A stretch of 59,656 nt of DNA, the filler included, from Ionaspis alba (Eukaryota): assembly GCA_964255285.1 (NCBI GenBank). It is 5 parts of 5 records of this genome, joined end to end, with 100 filler letters (N's around TTAATTAATTAA, not from the genome) between each part and the next. Parts side by side here need not be neighbours in the genome. Positions count along the whole stretch, not along the records: positions 35,872 to 47,716 come from CAXUUL010000537.1; positions 47,817 to 59,656 come from CAXUUL010000538.1; 3 more parts are not named here. One strand, 5' to 3'. Made by a program: the position numbers and the translations under genes. The notes below the pieces were generated by a model. It was not told where the DNA came from, ran no database searches, and saw only the letters and a list, made by a program, of their open reading frames with translations. How positions within the stretch are numbered: position 1 is the stretch's first letter; the number at the start of each line of letters is the position of its first letter. Below are positions 35,909 through 47,937 of this stretch, piece by piece.

Positions 35909-37020
35909 CTAAAGCATCAAAGCCAATAACGCAGCTCCACCAGCAACCAACCCCCCACCGACCTTCGCCGCACCACCAGTCTGAATCGGCGTCATCGAGC
36001 TCGTCGCCGTCGGCACCATCGCCCCACTCGTCCCCGTGGCCGACCCCGTCATCGTGGAGTTCCCACTAACCGTAGAATTCGACCCCAAACCCATCGCAAG
36101 CGTCGCATTCGCCACGGCCGGTTCCTCGACCTTCTCATAGGCCGCGCAAGTGGCTTCAGGGGAGAGAGGGCAGTTGTCAGCGATACACATCGCCTGGAGC
36201 TGGGGTCCTTGCTCTTTGACGACGGTAGTGGGGGGCGAGCATCTGTAGTCGAAGAGTTTGGTCAGGGCTGTGGCGACGGCGGTGATGTCGGATTTGGCGA
36301 CGCCGAAGGAGGCGGCGGAGAGGCCGACTTGGGTTATGAAGTAGCCCATTTGGTAGGGGTCGAGGGCCATGAATCTGTCCGGGGGGTATGGAGTCAGTAG
36401 ATGTGGGAGAAGTGGGTGGATGTGAGTCTGGGAGGAGAGAAGTACTTGTGCACTTGGTACTGGCTGGCTTCGCCACCGTATTTGGGGAAGTCGCTCGATT
36501 TGCCGACTTGGGTGCAGCCGAGCAGGACTCCGAAGTACTGGTACAAGTGCGTCAAGAGCGTGCTGCGATCCTGTTAGTTTTCCTGCCGCTTCATGGTTTC
36601 TCGAAAGAGCTCAATGGCCAGTACTGACTATTGATTCGAGCTCGTCCCGTTGGCTGGCATATTCATCATCAACGGCGCTGCTCCACCATCATCCAAGAAG
36701 TTGACCGCGACACCGTGCTTGCCGCCGTCGTTCGTGCTCGCCAGTCCGCCGTTGAAGTAGGGCAGGAGATTCACATCGGTGCCGTTGTACTGGCCTTTGG
36801 CCAAGATGCCGGGGACTGTGATGCCGACGTTGGGTTTGGTGTAGTTGCCGATGACGGCGGTGTTGACGAGGAGGGTCAGGAGCGTGTATTGGTTCTTGGC
36901 GGTGTTTTCTTTGAGGAGAGCGGTCGTGTAGTAGTCGCAGATGGGGGTGTCGGTGGGGCGCTGGGCGAGGGTTGTGGAGGTGAGGGCGGCCAGGGCGGCC
37001 AGGATGGTGGAGGTACGCAT
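35909..37020 (-). CDS. Secreted, probably GPI-anchored fungal protein, exons 37020-36629, 36562-36446, 36374-35909
   Basis: Signal peptide MRTSTILAALAALTSTTLA. Cys-containing core (ICDYYTTALL, FLDDGGAAPL, LTHLYQYFGVLLGC, VHKFMAL). S/T-rich stalk and hydrophobic C-terminus GGAAKVGGGLVAGGAALLALML. Two canonical introns. Confidence 0.85.
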
Positions 37021-38381
37021 ATTGGGTGTTTTGTTTGGGTGAATACGAATGGGGTATCACGGATATTTTTCGAAATGAAGCAGAAGCAGAATCAATAACA
37101 GCAGTGGAGAGTGTGTACTTTCGGAAGAAAAAAGCGACAAGAAGGAACGGACAGGATCCAAATCAGACAGATCCGGATCTCCTTTTCTTCTTATTTACCT
37201 CTTCATTCCCTCGGTCGTTCCCCTTCCCGCGGAATGTCCCATCACTATCCCATCTCCACCAAGCAATCTCATCATAGTCACATAGTGCCGCATAGTGCGC
37301 TTTTCCCACCCTTACACGCACGTCCCTGCACAAGCAAAGCACCCATGCAGTCATAACGGCCTGGTTCATACGGTTAGTGTCGATCGTAGTTGGTTTACTC
37401 CTGCAGCAGTCGAGCTTTGGCGCCATATCCCGATCCAGCCGAGCCATGAAATATACTAACTTTATCGAGAATGTCGTCTAGGCCTGAAACGAGCAAGTGC
37501 CGGATAGTTTGCTTGCCGAGATGGCCGGAAGAGGTTTAGATGGTGCGGAAAGTTGTGTCAACGGCGCTTGCTTTGCTTTGCGGTGGATGTCATTTGCTAG
37601 GACCTGGAAGCGGCTTCTTTCGGCAGGGTTCACGGCCGCGTGAAAACAGGGTTTGGGGAAAGCTTGTTGTTGGTGCGGTTGTGGAGTATTATTGTCTTGC
37701 TTGAGCTTGGGGAAATGAGGATTTGGGAAAGAAATCTCCTTTTATGGAGGCATTTGGAATGGTTCTGGAATGGGTCTTCTGTTTGTTCTGTTGCTCTACG
37801 AGTCGCTGAGTCTTTATGCCATTCGTCCGTAATTGAAGATGTGCTTCTTTTGATTGGCTGTCCTACTCTATGGATCAAGCATTTGGCAAAAAGTCGACTG
37901 GGGATGACTTTTGAAACATGCAGGTTTCTCGTTGTTGTCGGAACGCGCCATGCCCGTGATCGACTCTCATGGCAGAACTCAAGAACGGAGCAAGCATATT
38001 CCGAAAGCGTAATCAGGACATCAGATGATGAGAAAAGGATTCTAGTTTCGCCATGGAGGATCAGCTGGCAGTAATTAGTAGTAATTATGTATAGCTTTTG
38101 CTTAACCCGGCATTTCCATATCGCCTTTCCCCGTCTTCCCAGTCAAGCTATCCAGCTGGGTATCATCATCCTGAAGATGCAGGGGTTCAGCCACGTATCT
38201 TCGCCTAGTACTCCGCCGAGTGGACAATGCCCTTCTCGCCATCAATATGTCCATCAGATATGAAAAATCAAAGCAAAACTTTTGTGGAGAGTCTTCCATG
38301 CCCCTACTATCTGTTACACTTTTCCTCCCATGCTTTTGAGTGATATGTACTCATAATCGTGAAATTCATGCTCGGTATTCA

Positions 38382-41300
38382 TCAACCAAGCGGCGGATTT
38401 GGGCCCGCCCATCTTGAAAAATCCAATCCAGACAGAATGCCCTCTTCCTCCGCCAATCCTCCCATGGCTACCAGACCCTTGAAATGATCGTCTTCCACAT
38501 AAGTCTTCACACCTTTGGCCCCAGGATATTTGGCGCTCGTGCTGGTACCGGTGTTCGCGAAACGATCCCTGAGGGTCTTGATCGCGCGAAGTCTGTTGCG
38601 CCAGCTTGACACGTGCTCTCCGCCCTCGCGGTTCGCCCATACGTTGCTGAAGACTGATGCATTGAGAGCAAGTTGGCGGACCAAGCCAGGCAAGCTGCTC
38701 AGAGGCAGAAGCTTATAAGAAGCGGTGGGAGATATCATTGGAAATGACGTCTGGGATAGGGTATTGACCGTGAAATATGATTGCTTTTCCGGCGGCTTGT
38801 CCGACGCCGTGGTTCCTTCCGTCGGTGTTTCTGACGCCTGGTTCGCCGAAGACGCATGATCTGATGGTACAAACAACGCTTCTGGTGTTATTACAATATT
38901 GACATAATTGAATTGAGATGGAAATGTATCGAACTTGAATGGGAGACCGGATTCATTGAAGATGATATTCACAAAGTCGTTACCAATGTGCTGCTTTTTA
39001 TTTACACATTGCGGGTCATGTGTGAGATTGGTCGGCATCATTGTAGGCACGTGAAACACAATCTCGGCAACGCGGTCGCGCCAAGCATATGTGTGAGTGC
39101 CATCGCTGTCGTTCTCTCTGCTTAGACCTTGTGTATTGAACATCGCACCTTTGAGAGGTACTTTCGTACCCAACCCGGCCAGAAGCAAGTCGAATGCCTT
39201 GCTTCCACGGTCATTGGCGAGAATCTCTGCTTCCTTGGTTTGCCCGTTCCCGATATATATCACGCCAACCTTGTAGCCGTCGACTGTGTCGTTACGGTCA
39301 AAAGCTGAAATGGCTCGCTTTGTTGCTTCATCGTCAGGCAGGCAAATTGCCTCCATTGGGGTAGGTGTTGGAGCGATGTTAGAAGTCAGTTGAAGAAAAA
39401 CATGGTTTGGAAATATGTTGAGACGAGACTCCGGTCCATGCATAGCGCTCATTACGTCTGTAGGTGCAGGAACTTGATGTGGAGGTAGCGGCGCTGTCTG
39501 CTGCTGATACATGGCAAACGTGGTACCGGAAGCCTGCCGTTTTGTGATTTGTGTAAGACCAGTCCCAGTCGCCGTGTCGACTGTCACGACACTCAATCCC
39601 AGCAGCCAGGTCTTTCGCAAGATCTTGCCATCGGAAGGACTGAAAGGTGTACTTGGTATGGTCTCGCCAAGGTCGGAGTATGCCGTTCGATGCATCATGT
39701 CCAGGGTGACTTGACTTTGCTCCTCCAGGACCACGTTGCCTTTAGCATCTGTGAATGCCAAATTCTTGGTTATCCAGCCGACGTGCTTACATCGGTCTGC
39801 CAGCCTCAGAGAGAGGAACCAGATGGTCAGGACGTGGTAAGCGAGAGCGAAGACATATTGAGGAAGATCCTTGTGTACATCGCCAGTATTGGTCGAATCA
39901 GAAGCCGAGGCTGAGTCTCCGGAAACGCCACTCAATCGATGCGAGGGATGGTTCTGCATTGTCGTCGAAGTACCAGACTGCTTGCCCGACTGCTCACGTG
40001 AATGTTCGAGGTAACGAACGCATATCGCGAATACCTTGCGTAGCTCCTCTTCGGTGAGGTTGACGTAGACATCAGGCAATCTGCCCAGCCCACCCAAGAA
40101 CTCCAGTATGTCCATAGCTAAGTGTGATTGGGTGATGATCTGTGCCATTTTGTTGAGTATCCCAATCAGAGATCTAGTGATGGAGCGAGGGATTTGATGG
40201 CAGCAAATTGCGAGGGCCTGAATTGATACTTTCGCAGCACGATCCCAGCTACCCATACATGCCAGGATTGCGCGTACGATATCATCCTGCTCAGCTCTTG
40301 CGAAGTGCTCACTGTACCCAAGTAGCATGCTTAGGGCATGAAGCAGACACAGAGCCACATCGCCTTTCTTGACTCCCGTATTTGCTGGAGGCTCATGGAA
40401 CCTGCCACCTTGGAGCTGAGACGTAATAACGTTACGCAGCATCTGAATATGAGGCACAGCATTGGAAAACAAGGATGGATTGCTGAGCTGGGAGGGTAGG
40501 TGCACTAACACGTAACTGTATACTTCCCAGCTTTCAGCTTGCTGCAGAATCTCAATGACGGCCACAAGCCAGTCGCTGAGTCGGAGTGAAATCTTATCAT
40601 CCGTTCCTTTCCTATGTTGTTTGACAAGTAGGCTCGGCTGCGATGGAGGATCCTCCGGTAATCCTGGACCTCCTGGATACATCCAAAGAGGGGGTGTTGG
40701 TTTTGGCGTCTGATCCACTCGACTCTTTGAACGTGTATTTGCCCTAGAACTCCCGTAGCCCATAGCACTAGACCGACCAACGCGTGCTACCGAGTGATCT
40801 TCCACCAGAGAAGTCCGGTCTGGGACAGAAGTATATCCCTCTGTAGGTAGAGCAGATGCTTCTGTCCTGCTTAGGGTTACAGCTAAGCCAAGGCTGTCAG
40901 GATAGGACGTTATGACTATTTGATCTGCAGTGTCGCATCTTAAGCGCATCAATAGCTTCAAAGCTGGTAAACGTCCAGAGGCTGATAGCTCGCGGGCGTT
41001 GGCCATCTTGACTAGCATCTTGTAGACTAGGACTGTCTTTGAAGCAGAGATGCGCAGGCAATGAAGAAACAGTGTGACCAAAGAGACCGAGACGGTATTG
41101 GTCAAAAGTTCGGGTTTTGCATCAACTGACGACGTAGAAATGATGCCCCCCTTTGGGAGAAAATCCCAAAGCGTATTGAGTATATTTTCGAAATCCTCAA
41201 GAGACGCCGCGATCTCACTGTACAAGACCGCAAAGCCAGCAAGACTATTAACGACGGGCAACTTAGTCTTACCTTTCATCTTCTCCAACACTTCCAACGT

Positions 41301-43136
41301 CATTGACCGGAAAATAGTCTTGTCGGCCTCACTCTCCACTTTGGGCGCAGTGGCTTTCATTACATCCAGAATCTTGCAACGTATTTTCGGGTCTCTCTGA
41401 TCATCGAGAAGGTACATGTCTAGCATGTGCCTCCACAAGAGGTCCCACTTGGGCGACTCGGGATACAGAAGGCGCTCGTCATCCATGTGAGAGACGAGAA
41501 GCTCTGTGCATGCTGACGGAAGGATTGAGTGGAGTATGTTGAAGAATCCAGCTACTAAAGCTCTTTGGGAAGCCTGAAATCGTGGCCACATATGCACAAA
41601 GATTGTTGCCGTTTGCTTCAGCTCCGGTATGATTGTTTCCGAAATATCAAACGTGGCTTGTCTGACCTGAGCAGGTTTCTCTGATGTACCGGAGGCCGTC
41701 CCGGAAACAAAGGTATCCCGCAGTGTCAATGGATTCGGCATATCATCGATTGGTGTCTTGTCACCCGCAAGTGCCAGAACAACTTGTATCAAGGGATTGA
41801 GGTCTGATTGTAAGATTTGGCCAACAATGACTTCCTGTCCCAGTAAGGCGATGACAACCTGCATGCAGTCCTTGCATATTCTTCTGCTGCTGGTGTCGAG
41901 CTGTCTCATGCTATTAAGAAGTTGTGACAAAGAGACCAGTGGGAGCTTATCTGCACCATTTTTGGTGACGAGATGCTCCAGGGCGAATAAGGCCCCGCAA
42001 ACAGAAGGGGATTGTTTCCTATGTGAACTTTGTTGCAAGATTTCGTAAAGCGTCTCTAATGCAGATTCAGAGTCCCGTGAGCGCAGAAGTTCCAAGAGAC
42101 ATCCCCATGAAGAATTGTGTAGATCTATAATGCCGCCCGTGACAGCACAAAGAAGTCGAACGCAGCGCGGCATAGATGACGGTGGGATATGGTAGACTGA
42201 AACGACTACTTCAATGACTAGAAGAGACTCTTTAATGTCCGCTTGCTGAGTAGTCTTCTCGGCGATCATCATCAATTGATCGAGTATGATGGTTAAATCA
42301 TCGCGTGGAACGGCTTCTGGGTTGAACCTGAAGACATCCGCCATCAGCTTCAGGAGTGCGCGAAGACCCCGCTCTTCCGGTAATTCAACTTTCGGTCTCC
42401 TCTCTGAAATACCACGAGCTCTCTTGAGAGCAAGCTGTACGGACTCGAATTGCGTGCTAGGCATGGAGCAGAGGAATTTGACCAGTGGCTCCTGAAACGG
42501 TTCAAGATCGTGTCCATTGTAGGTGAGGCTCCGTAGTGCACTAATTTGCAAATCGACAAGTGTGGCATCCACAGGAACGACAGTCATCTCAAAAAACTTC
42601 ATGCGCTCCGTTGGATTGAGGCCAGAGTGTACAACAGAGCCCTGAAGTAGAATTAGTCCAGCTTCACGAGCTTCTAAAGAAGCTCCCTCATCGGTCAGAT
42701 CTTCTGCTGCTGTCCAAATAGCAGTCAGCGTATCAACGGAATGATCCTGAAGACTGGCAGACACTGCCTTTGCAGCCTGTTTCCTTTCCTCTGCCGATCG
42801 TCCTTGATCAAGATCTCGGACAACGCCATCGCGGAAGAGTGCTTCGGGGTCCATACGTATAGCATGATAGCTTGATTGACGTGACTGAGGGCTGTTTCCA
42901 GAAGCACTACTGGTGGATGTTGCTCCGATGGTGTTTAGTGGATCCTTGATTACCGTTGACCTACGTCTTGCACCCAAGCTTCGCACTCTCTGTGACAATG
43001 ATGAAGATGTTGCTGACGGTTCGCTACCTGGGTTAGTCTGTTCTGGGCTGCTCATAGAGTCTGTTGGCTCCCCAGAAGTATCCGTGTCGACCGTTGAGGT
43101 CGCTTTTGGAAACTGTCGACGCCCTAACAGCCACAT
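38382..43136 (-). CDS. TSC2: Tuberin, Rheb GTPase-activating protein
   Basis: 1584-aa intronless ORF with WEVYSYVLVHLPSQL, HILE-like DILEFL and a C-terminal Rap-GAP domain (YKVGVIYI, EIVFHVPTMMP, KKQHIGNDFVNIIF). Start may be 43055 (MSSPEQ). Confidence 0.93.
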   Translation of the reverse strand: MWLLGRRQFPKATSTVDTDTSGEPTDSMSSPEQTNPGSEPSATSSSLSQRVRSLGARRRSTVIKDPLNTIGATSTSSASGNSPQSRQSSYHAIRMDPEALFRDGVVRDLDQGRSAEERKQAAKAVSASLQDHSVDTLTAIWTAAEDLTDEGASLEAREAGLILLQGSVVHSGLNPTERMKFFEMTVVPVDATLVDLQISALRSLTYNGHDLEPFQEPLVKFLCSMPSTQFESVQLALKRARGISERRPKVELPEERGLRALLKLMADVFRFNPEAVPRDDLTIILDQLMMIAEKTTQQADIKESLLVIEVVVSVYHIPPSSMPRCVRLLCAVTGGIIDLHNSSWGCLLELLRSRDSESALETLYEILQQSSHRKQSPSVCGALFALEHLVTKNGADKLPLVSLSQLLNSMRQLDTSSRRICKDCMQVVIALLGQEVIVGQILQSDLNPLIQVVLALAGDKTPIDDMPNPLTLRDTFVSGTASGTSEKPAQVRQATFDISETIIPELKQTATIFVHMWPRFQASQRALVAGFFNILHSILPSACTELLVSHMDDERLLYPESPKWDLLWRHMLDMYLLDDQRDPKIRCKILDVMKATAPKVESEADKTIFRSMTLEVLEKMKGKTKLPVVNSLAGFAVLYSEIAASLEDFENILNTLWDFLPKGGIISTSSVDAKPELLTNTVSVSLVTLFLHCLRISASKTVLVYKMLVKMANARELSASGRLPALKLLMRLRCDTADQIVITSYPDSLGLAVTLSRTEASALPTEGYTSVPDRTSLVEDHSVARVGRSSAMGYGSSRANTRSKSRVDQTPKPTPPLWMYPGGPGLPEDPPSQPSLLVKQHRKGTDDKISLRLSDWLVAVIEILQQAESWEVYSYVLVHLPSQLSNPSLFSNAVPHIQMLRNVITSQLQGGRFHEPPANTGVKKGDVALCLLHALSMLLGYSEHFARAEQDDIVRAILACMGSWDRAAKVSIQALAICCHQIPRSITRSLIGILNKMAQIITQSHLAMDILEFLGGLGRLPDVYVNLTEEELRKVFAICVRYLEHSREQSGKQSGTSTTMQNHPSHRLSGVSGDSASASDSTNTGDVHKDLPQYVFALAYHVLTIWFLSLRLADRCKHVGWITKNLAFTDAKGNVVLEEQSQVTLDMMHRTAYSDLGETIPSTPFSPSDGKILRKTWLLGLSVVTVDTATGTGLTQITKRQASGTTFAMYQQQTAPLPPHQVPAPTDVMSAMHGPESRLNIFPNHVFLQLTSNIAPTPTPMEAICLPDDEATKRAISAFDRNDTVDGYKVGVIYIGNGQTKEAEILANDRGSKAFDLLLAGLGTKVPLKGAMFNTQGLSRENDSDGTHTYAWRDRVAEIVFHVPTMMPTNLTHDPQCVNKKQHIGNDFVNIIFNESGLPFKFDTFPSQFNYVNIVITPEALFVPSDHASSANQASETPTEGTTASDKPPEKQSYFTVNTLSQTSFPMISPTASYKLLPLSSLPGLVRQLALNASVFSNVWANREGGEHVSSWRNRLRAIKTLRDRFANTGTSTSAKYPGAKGVKTYVEDDHFKGLVAMGGLAEEEGILSGLDFSRWAGPNPPLG

Positions 43137-43162
43137 TGTGGTCAGTGCTCAGTTGGCTGGAG

Positions 43163-43262
43163 NNNNNNNNNNNNNNNNNNNNNNNNNNNNNNNNNNNNNN
43201 NNNNNNNNNNNNNNNNNNNNNNNNNNNNNNNNNNNNNNNNNNNNNNNNNNNNNNNNNNNNNN
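43163..43262. other. Intra-scaffold N gap, probably false (flanks overlap)
   Basis: The 55 nt at 43108-43162 are repeated exactly at 43263-43317. Confidence 0.9.
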
Positions 43263-43910
43263 GGAAACTGTCGACGCCCTAACAGCCACATTGTGGTCAG
43301 TGCTCAGTTGGCTGGAGAAAGATATGTCATCGAGCATCGTGGTGCGAATGACCAGTTTGGCAGAGGGACTGGGTGAATGCATGAGACGTTTGGGAAGGAG
43401 ACTTGATCCAATTACCGGACGGAGCTAGTGGCATTCTGCCAAGAAGGCACAATCATAATAGAATACAGCAGTGAGATGACGTTATGAATTTAGGAAGAGA
43501 TATCATAGACATTGAATCATTACAGACCATTAAATCAAGCAAAAATGCTAGATGCCTCTTCTTTAAGTGGTGTATTCTAGAATTGATGTTCTCTTCTTTG
43601 GCCGGAACCTGCATGAAGACTGCAGTGGCTACTCATGGACACTTCAAAACCATGCGTTGTGCTTCATCCAAGATTCCGTTGAGAGCCATGCATTGGGGAA
43701 GTGATGAAGTCTTGGGAACTTCTCGCCTCCACAGATCTTAAGCTTTCCGATCGACTACGCTAGTACTGTTCTGTACTACGGTCTGCATGGCCTGTGTTTC
43801 TCGCTTAAAGTAACCCCAGGGCTCTTCAATACAAAACACATGCGGAAGACATTCACTTTTGCGATCACAGCTCATTCTACAGCCTCCATCTGGGTCAAGG
43901 TAGCCGAGGC

Positions 43911-46900
43911 ATGGCTACAGACTTACAGCATGTGGCCCAGCTACTTGGGGCGAGCTTAGATCCTCGGCAGAACAAGCAAGGTCAGTTGCCAACGACTAAT
44001 ACTTTCAGTATTTTCTGCGCTGACTGACTGTAGCGGAGCTTGCCCTTCGTCAAGAAGAGAGAAAGCCTGGCTTTTCAGTATGCCTGTTGCATATCGTTGC
44101 CTCTGAAAGCTATGGAAACACTACCAGGCTTGCCAGCGCTTTGTGCTTCAAGAACTTTCTGAAAAGAAGCTGGATGGTACAATTATCGCCCTTCCACAGT
44201 AGAGTAAGTGTGGCTGACTACGACATGCAGGACGAAGAAGGCCACTACAAGCTCCCGCAAACTGAAGTCGCCACGATCAAGCAGGAATTGATAGGGCTCA
44301 TGATTTCGGTGCCTCCAAACATCCAATCTCAGCTTGGTGATGCAGTGGGAATAATAGCGGATAGCGACTTCTGGGAACGATGGGATACCTTGGTGGATGT
44401 ACGTGAATATGTGAGGTTTTCAGGATTGCAAAGTGCTGATCTTAGGAAGGATCTCGTCTCCCGCCTCACTCCCGATAATCCTACTGTCAATAACGGCGTC
44501 CTACAAGTCGCCCATTCCATCTTCAAGCGATGGCGACCTCTGTTCCGATCGGACGAACTCTTCACCGAAATCAACCATGTTTTGGGCAAATTCGGAACCC
44601 CTTTCCTTGCTCTCCTCGATGTGAGTCTCTGCGGCGAGATTTTATCTGCAAAACTAATAATCGTTCGCCCCAGAACACCGACAAGTTAATCGCGCAAAGC
44701 AGCTCTAACAAACCCTTGCTGCGCCAGCTTTTTGGTACCCTCAATCTCATGATGAAGCTGTTCTACGACCTTTCATGTCAAGATCTGCCTCCTATGTTCG
44801 AAGACAATCTTCTAGCTATCACAGCGCTCCTACAAAAGTACCTTACATTTGATGATCCATCTTTACATAGCGATAGTGACGATGAGGCTGGGCCACTGGA
44901 GTTTGTCAAGTCGGGGATTCTGGAAGTCCTTAGCCTTTATGTTCAGAAATACGAGGATGCTTTTGGAGCACATGTTGGCACGTTCGTCCAGAGTGCTTGG
45001 AACCTGCTCACAACGATCGGACCTGAAACGAAGTACGACATTCTGGTCAGCAAAGCGCTGCAGTTTTTGACCTCCGTAACACGGATACAGCAGCATGCAG
45101 AAGCTTTCAACAATGAGTCCAACATGGGCCAAGTGGTTGAGAAGGTCATCCTACCTAATTTGGCCCTCAGAGACTCCGATATGGAGCTTTTCGAAGACGA
45201 GCCCATAGAGTTCATCCGACGGGATCTCGAAGGTTCTGATAACGATACCAGGAGAAGAGCAGCAACTGATTTCTTACGCGGGTTGATGTCGCAATTCGAT
45301 AAATTGGTCACAGACGTTGTCTTCAGGTACATAAACCACTACCTAGCACAATACTCGTCGGATCCTCAGAGTAATTGGCGAGATAAAGACACGGCAGTCT
45401 ATCTCTACTCGTCAGTAGCTGCCAAGGGTACAATCACCGCAAGTCAGGGTGTAAAGACCGTCAATCCGCATGTCAATATCATCGAATTCTTTCAAACAAA
45501 TATCGCAAGCGATTTGATGTCAGAAAATGGAGTTGAGCCGATACTGAAAGTCGATGCGATCAAATACCTCTACACCTTCCGGAGTCAGATGAGCAAAGAC
45601 CAATGGCGGGATGCATTCCCATTGCTAGTGCAACATTTGGCTTCCTCTAATTACGTCGTTTACACATATGCTGCTATTGCTGTTGAGAGAGTGCTCGCTC
45701 TTACCGACGACTCTCGCCAACCAATAGTCGACAAGACCAATGTCGTGCCACTCGCAAAAGACCTGCTGGAGCATTTGTTCAAACTCATCGAGAAGGACGA
45801 GCAGGCGGACAAGAATCAAGCTGCAACGAAAATTCAGGAGAACGAGTTCTTGATACGATGTGTCATGCGTGTTCTCATTGTGATTAGAGATGGTGTCTTA
45901 CCTCTGACTGACAATGTCCTCGCTCATCTCGTAAAAATCACCAGTATCATCTGTGCAAATCCAAGCAATCCTCGATTCTGCTATTACCACTTCGAGTCCC
46001 TAGGGGCTCTGATCAGGTTTGCAGCGCCCTCGCAACACGAAAAGCTTGAGAACGCACTTTACCAGCCTTTTACAGCCATATTACAAGGAGAGATCCAAGG
46101 TATGTGACGTGCACGCAAAGTTCAAAGACCTCTGCTAAATCGCTTTAGATTTCATGCCTTACGTTCTCCAACTCTTCGCCGCCCTTCTCGAAGCCAACCC
46201 CTCCACCACACTCTCCGACTACTACAAATCCCTCATCCCCCCCATCCTCCTAACCAACTACTGGCTCTCAAANNNNNNNNNNNNNNNNNNNNNNNNNNNN
46301 NNNNNNNNNNNNNNNNNNNNNNNNNNNNNNNNNNNNNNNNNNNNNNNNNNNNNNNNNNNNNNNNNNNNNNNNGCCTCAAACTCGCAAATCGAGCCCATCC
46401 TCGGCATCTTCAAACAACTCATCTCCACAAAGACCAACGAAACCCACGCCTTCGAACTTCTCGAATGTATCCTCGCCCACTTCCCCCCACAAGTCATGAC
46501 ACCCTACTACGTGCCTCTAACGCAAATGCTTCTCACCCGCCTCGACACCAGCAAGACCGAAGCCTTCACGGGGCGCTTCGTCCGCCTCTACCATTTCATT
46601 TCCGCCAGCGGCGCGGATAAGGGTCTGGGCACGGATTTCTTCATCAGCGTCGTCGATCAGATCCAAGCAGGGATATTCGTCCCCCTCTACCTGAAAATCA
46701 TCCTCGAGCATACGCCGAAGCTCGCTAGACCCCTGGATCGCAAAACCGCGGTTATTTCTCTGACGAAAACGCTCGCCGATTCGACTGCGTTCGCGGAAAC
46801 GTACCAGAAGGGTTGGGCGCTCACGGCTGATGCGCTCCTCGAGTTGCTGGTCAATCCTCCTGTTCCTGCAGCGACGGATGATGTGATTGCGGATCATGAT

Positions 46901-47116
46901 GTCGATGATATGAGTTTTGGAGTCGGGTTTACGCCGTTGACGACGGTGAGGAGGGCGCCGAGGGATCCGTGGCCGGAGGTGGGGAATGTGAAGGGTTGGG
47001 TGGGGGAGTATCTTAGGGGCGTGGATCAGAGGGAGGGAGGGAAGATTCAGGGGTTTGCGGAGAAGAGGTTGGAGGAGAGGTCGAGAGTAGCTTTAGTGGG
47101 GTATATGCGAGGTTAG
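43911..47116 (+). CDS. CSE1: Importin-alpha export receptor Cse1 (exportin-2), exons 43911-43980, 44034-44176, 44231-44398, 44450-44620, 44674-46099, 46149-47116; N gap at 46273-46372
   Basis: IBN_N domain (RLASALCFKNFLKRSW) and motifs HSIFKRWRPLFRSDELFTEI, YDLSCQDLPPMFED, FEDEPIEFIRRDLEGSDNDTRRRAA, QENEFLIRCVMR and NPSNPRF. Confidence 0.95.
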
Positions 47117-47556
47117 ATTCGTGTGGCGAAGAACATAGATGAATATCGGATGGTTGGTGCGAAGACGGGGCACGATGGCAGTGAGTTGTGGATACAGTGT
47201 TCAGCGAACTTACAGTATATTGCCACCATAGAATAAAACTTTTCTCGGCTTTCACACAAATTCAGCAAGCAAAGAGTTCTGGTGTCATCATCGCTTTTTC
47301 GATTGACAAATCCCTCCCATTAATTACCTATTCCCATTTCCATCCCCAAATCCTCCATATACCAACAGTAGTAGTACCAGTAACTCATACATAACTCATA
47401 AACCAATCGCTTGCTCGCTTTATATTGCCCTACGCCATGCTCATAACGACATCACACATATCCAAACCGAAAAAAGCAGAACAAAAGCCGCTTTCAGAAA
47501 GCGCCAATCAAGGGAGTGACCCAGATCCCATTCTTACACCTCGACCTACCACCTCC

Positions 47557-47716
47557 TCATCCCCTCACCCCATCCTTACTCCCCCTCTCCCTCCTCGCCT
47601 CAAGCACAAACCCTGGAATAGGCGGCACTTCCGGCACCTCCTCCTCATCCTCGAGCCTCGGCGTAGCCGGACTCGGGCTCCTCAAAAAGGACTCCCTCGC
47701 ATCCATCTCCCTCTCT
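47557..47716 (-). CDS. Possible 3' end of a gene truncated at the scaffold edge
   Basis: Minus frame EREMDARESFLRSPSPATPRLEDEEEVPEVPPIPGFVLEARRERGSKDGVRG* with GC-rich third positions. Confidence 0.35.
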
Positions 47717-47816
47717 NNNNNNNNNNNNNNNNNNNNNNNNNNNNNNNNNNNNNNNNNNNNTTAATTAATTAANNNNNNNNNNNNNNNNNNNNNNNNNNNN
47801 NNNNNNNNNNNNNNNN
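47717..47816. other. Artificial scaffold-joining spacer
   Basis: N run with central TTAATTAATTAA at 47761-47772. Confidence 0.95.
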
Positions 47817-47937
47817 ATGGGCACCGATGCTACTGCTGCTGTTGCTGCATCATATTCGTGCGGCGTTGGGTACACACAGCTCACGGGCACTGTATCCCGA
47901 AGCTCCCACCTGACTTCCGTTCCAGTCAGTGCTCAAG

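Noticed and set aside
43149..43382. Upstream ORF (MHSPSPSAK...) as the TSC2 N-terminus across the gap
   Set aside because: After collapsing the duplicated flanks it is in a different frame from TSC2 and ends shortly afterwards.
11911..47772. Periodic TTAATTAATTAA palindrome about every 11.95 kb as a biological repeat
   Set aside because: It is always centred in N runs and cuts genes, so it is an artificial joining linker.
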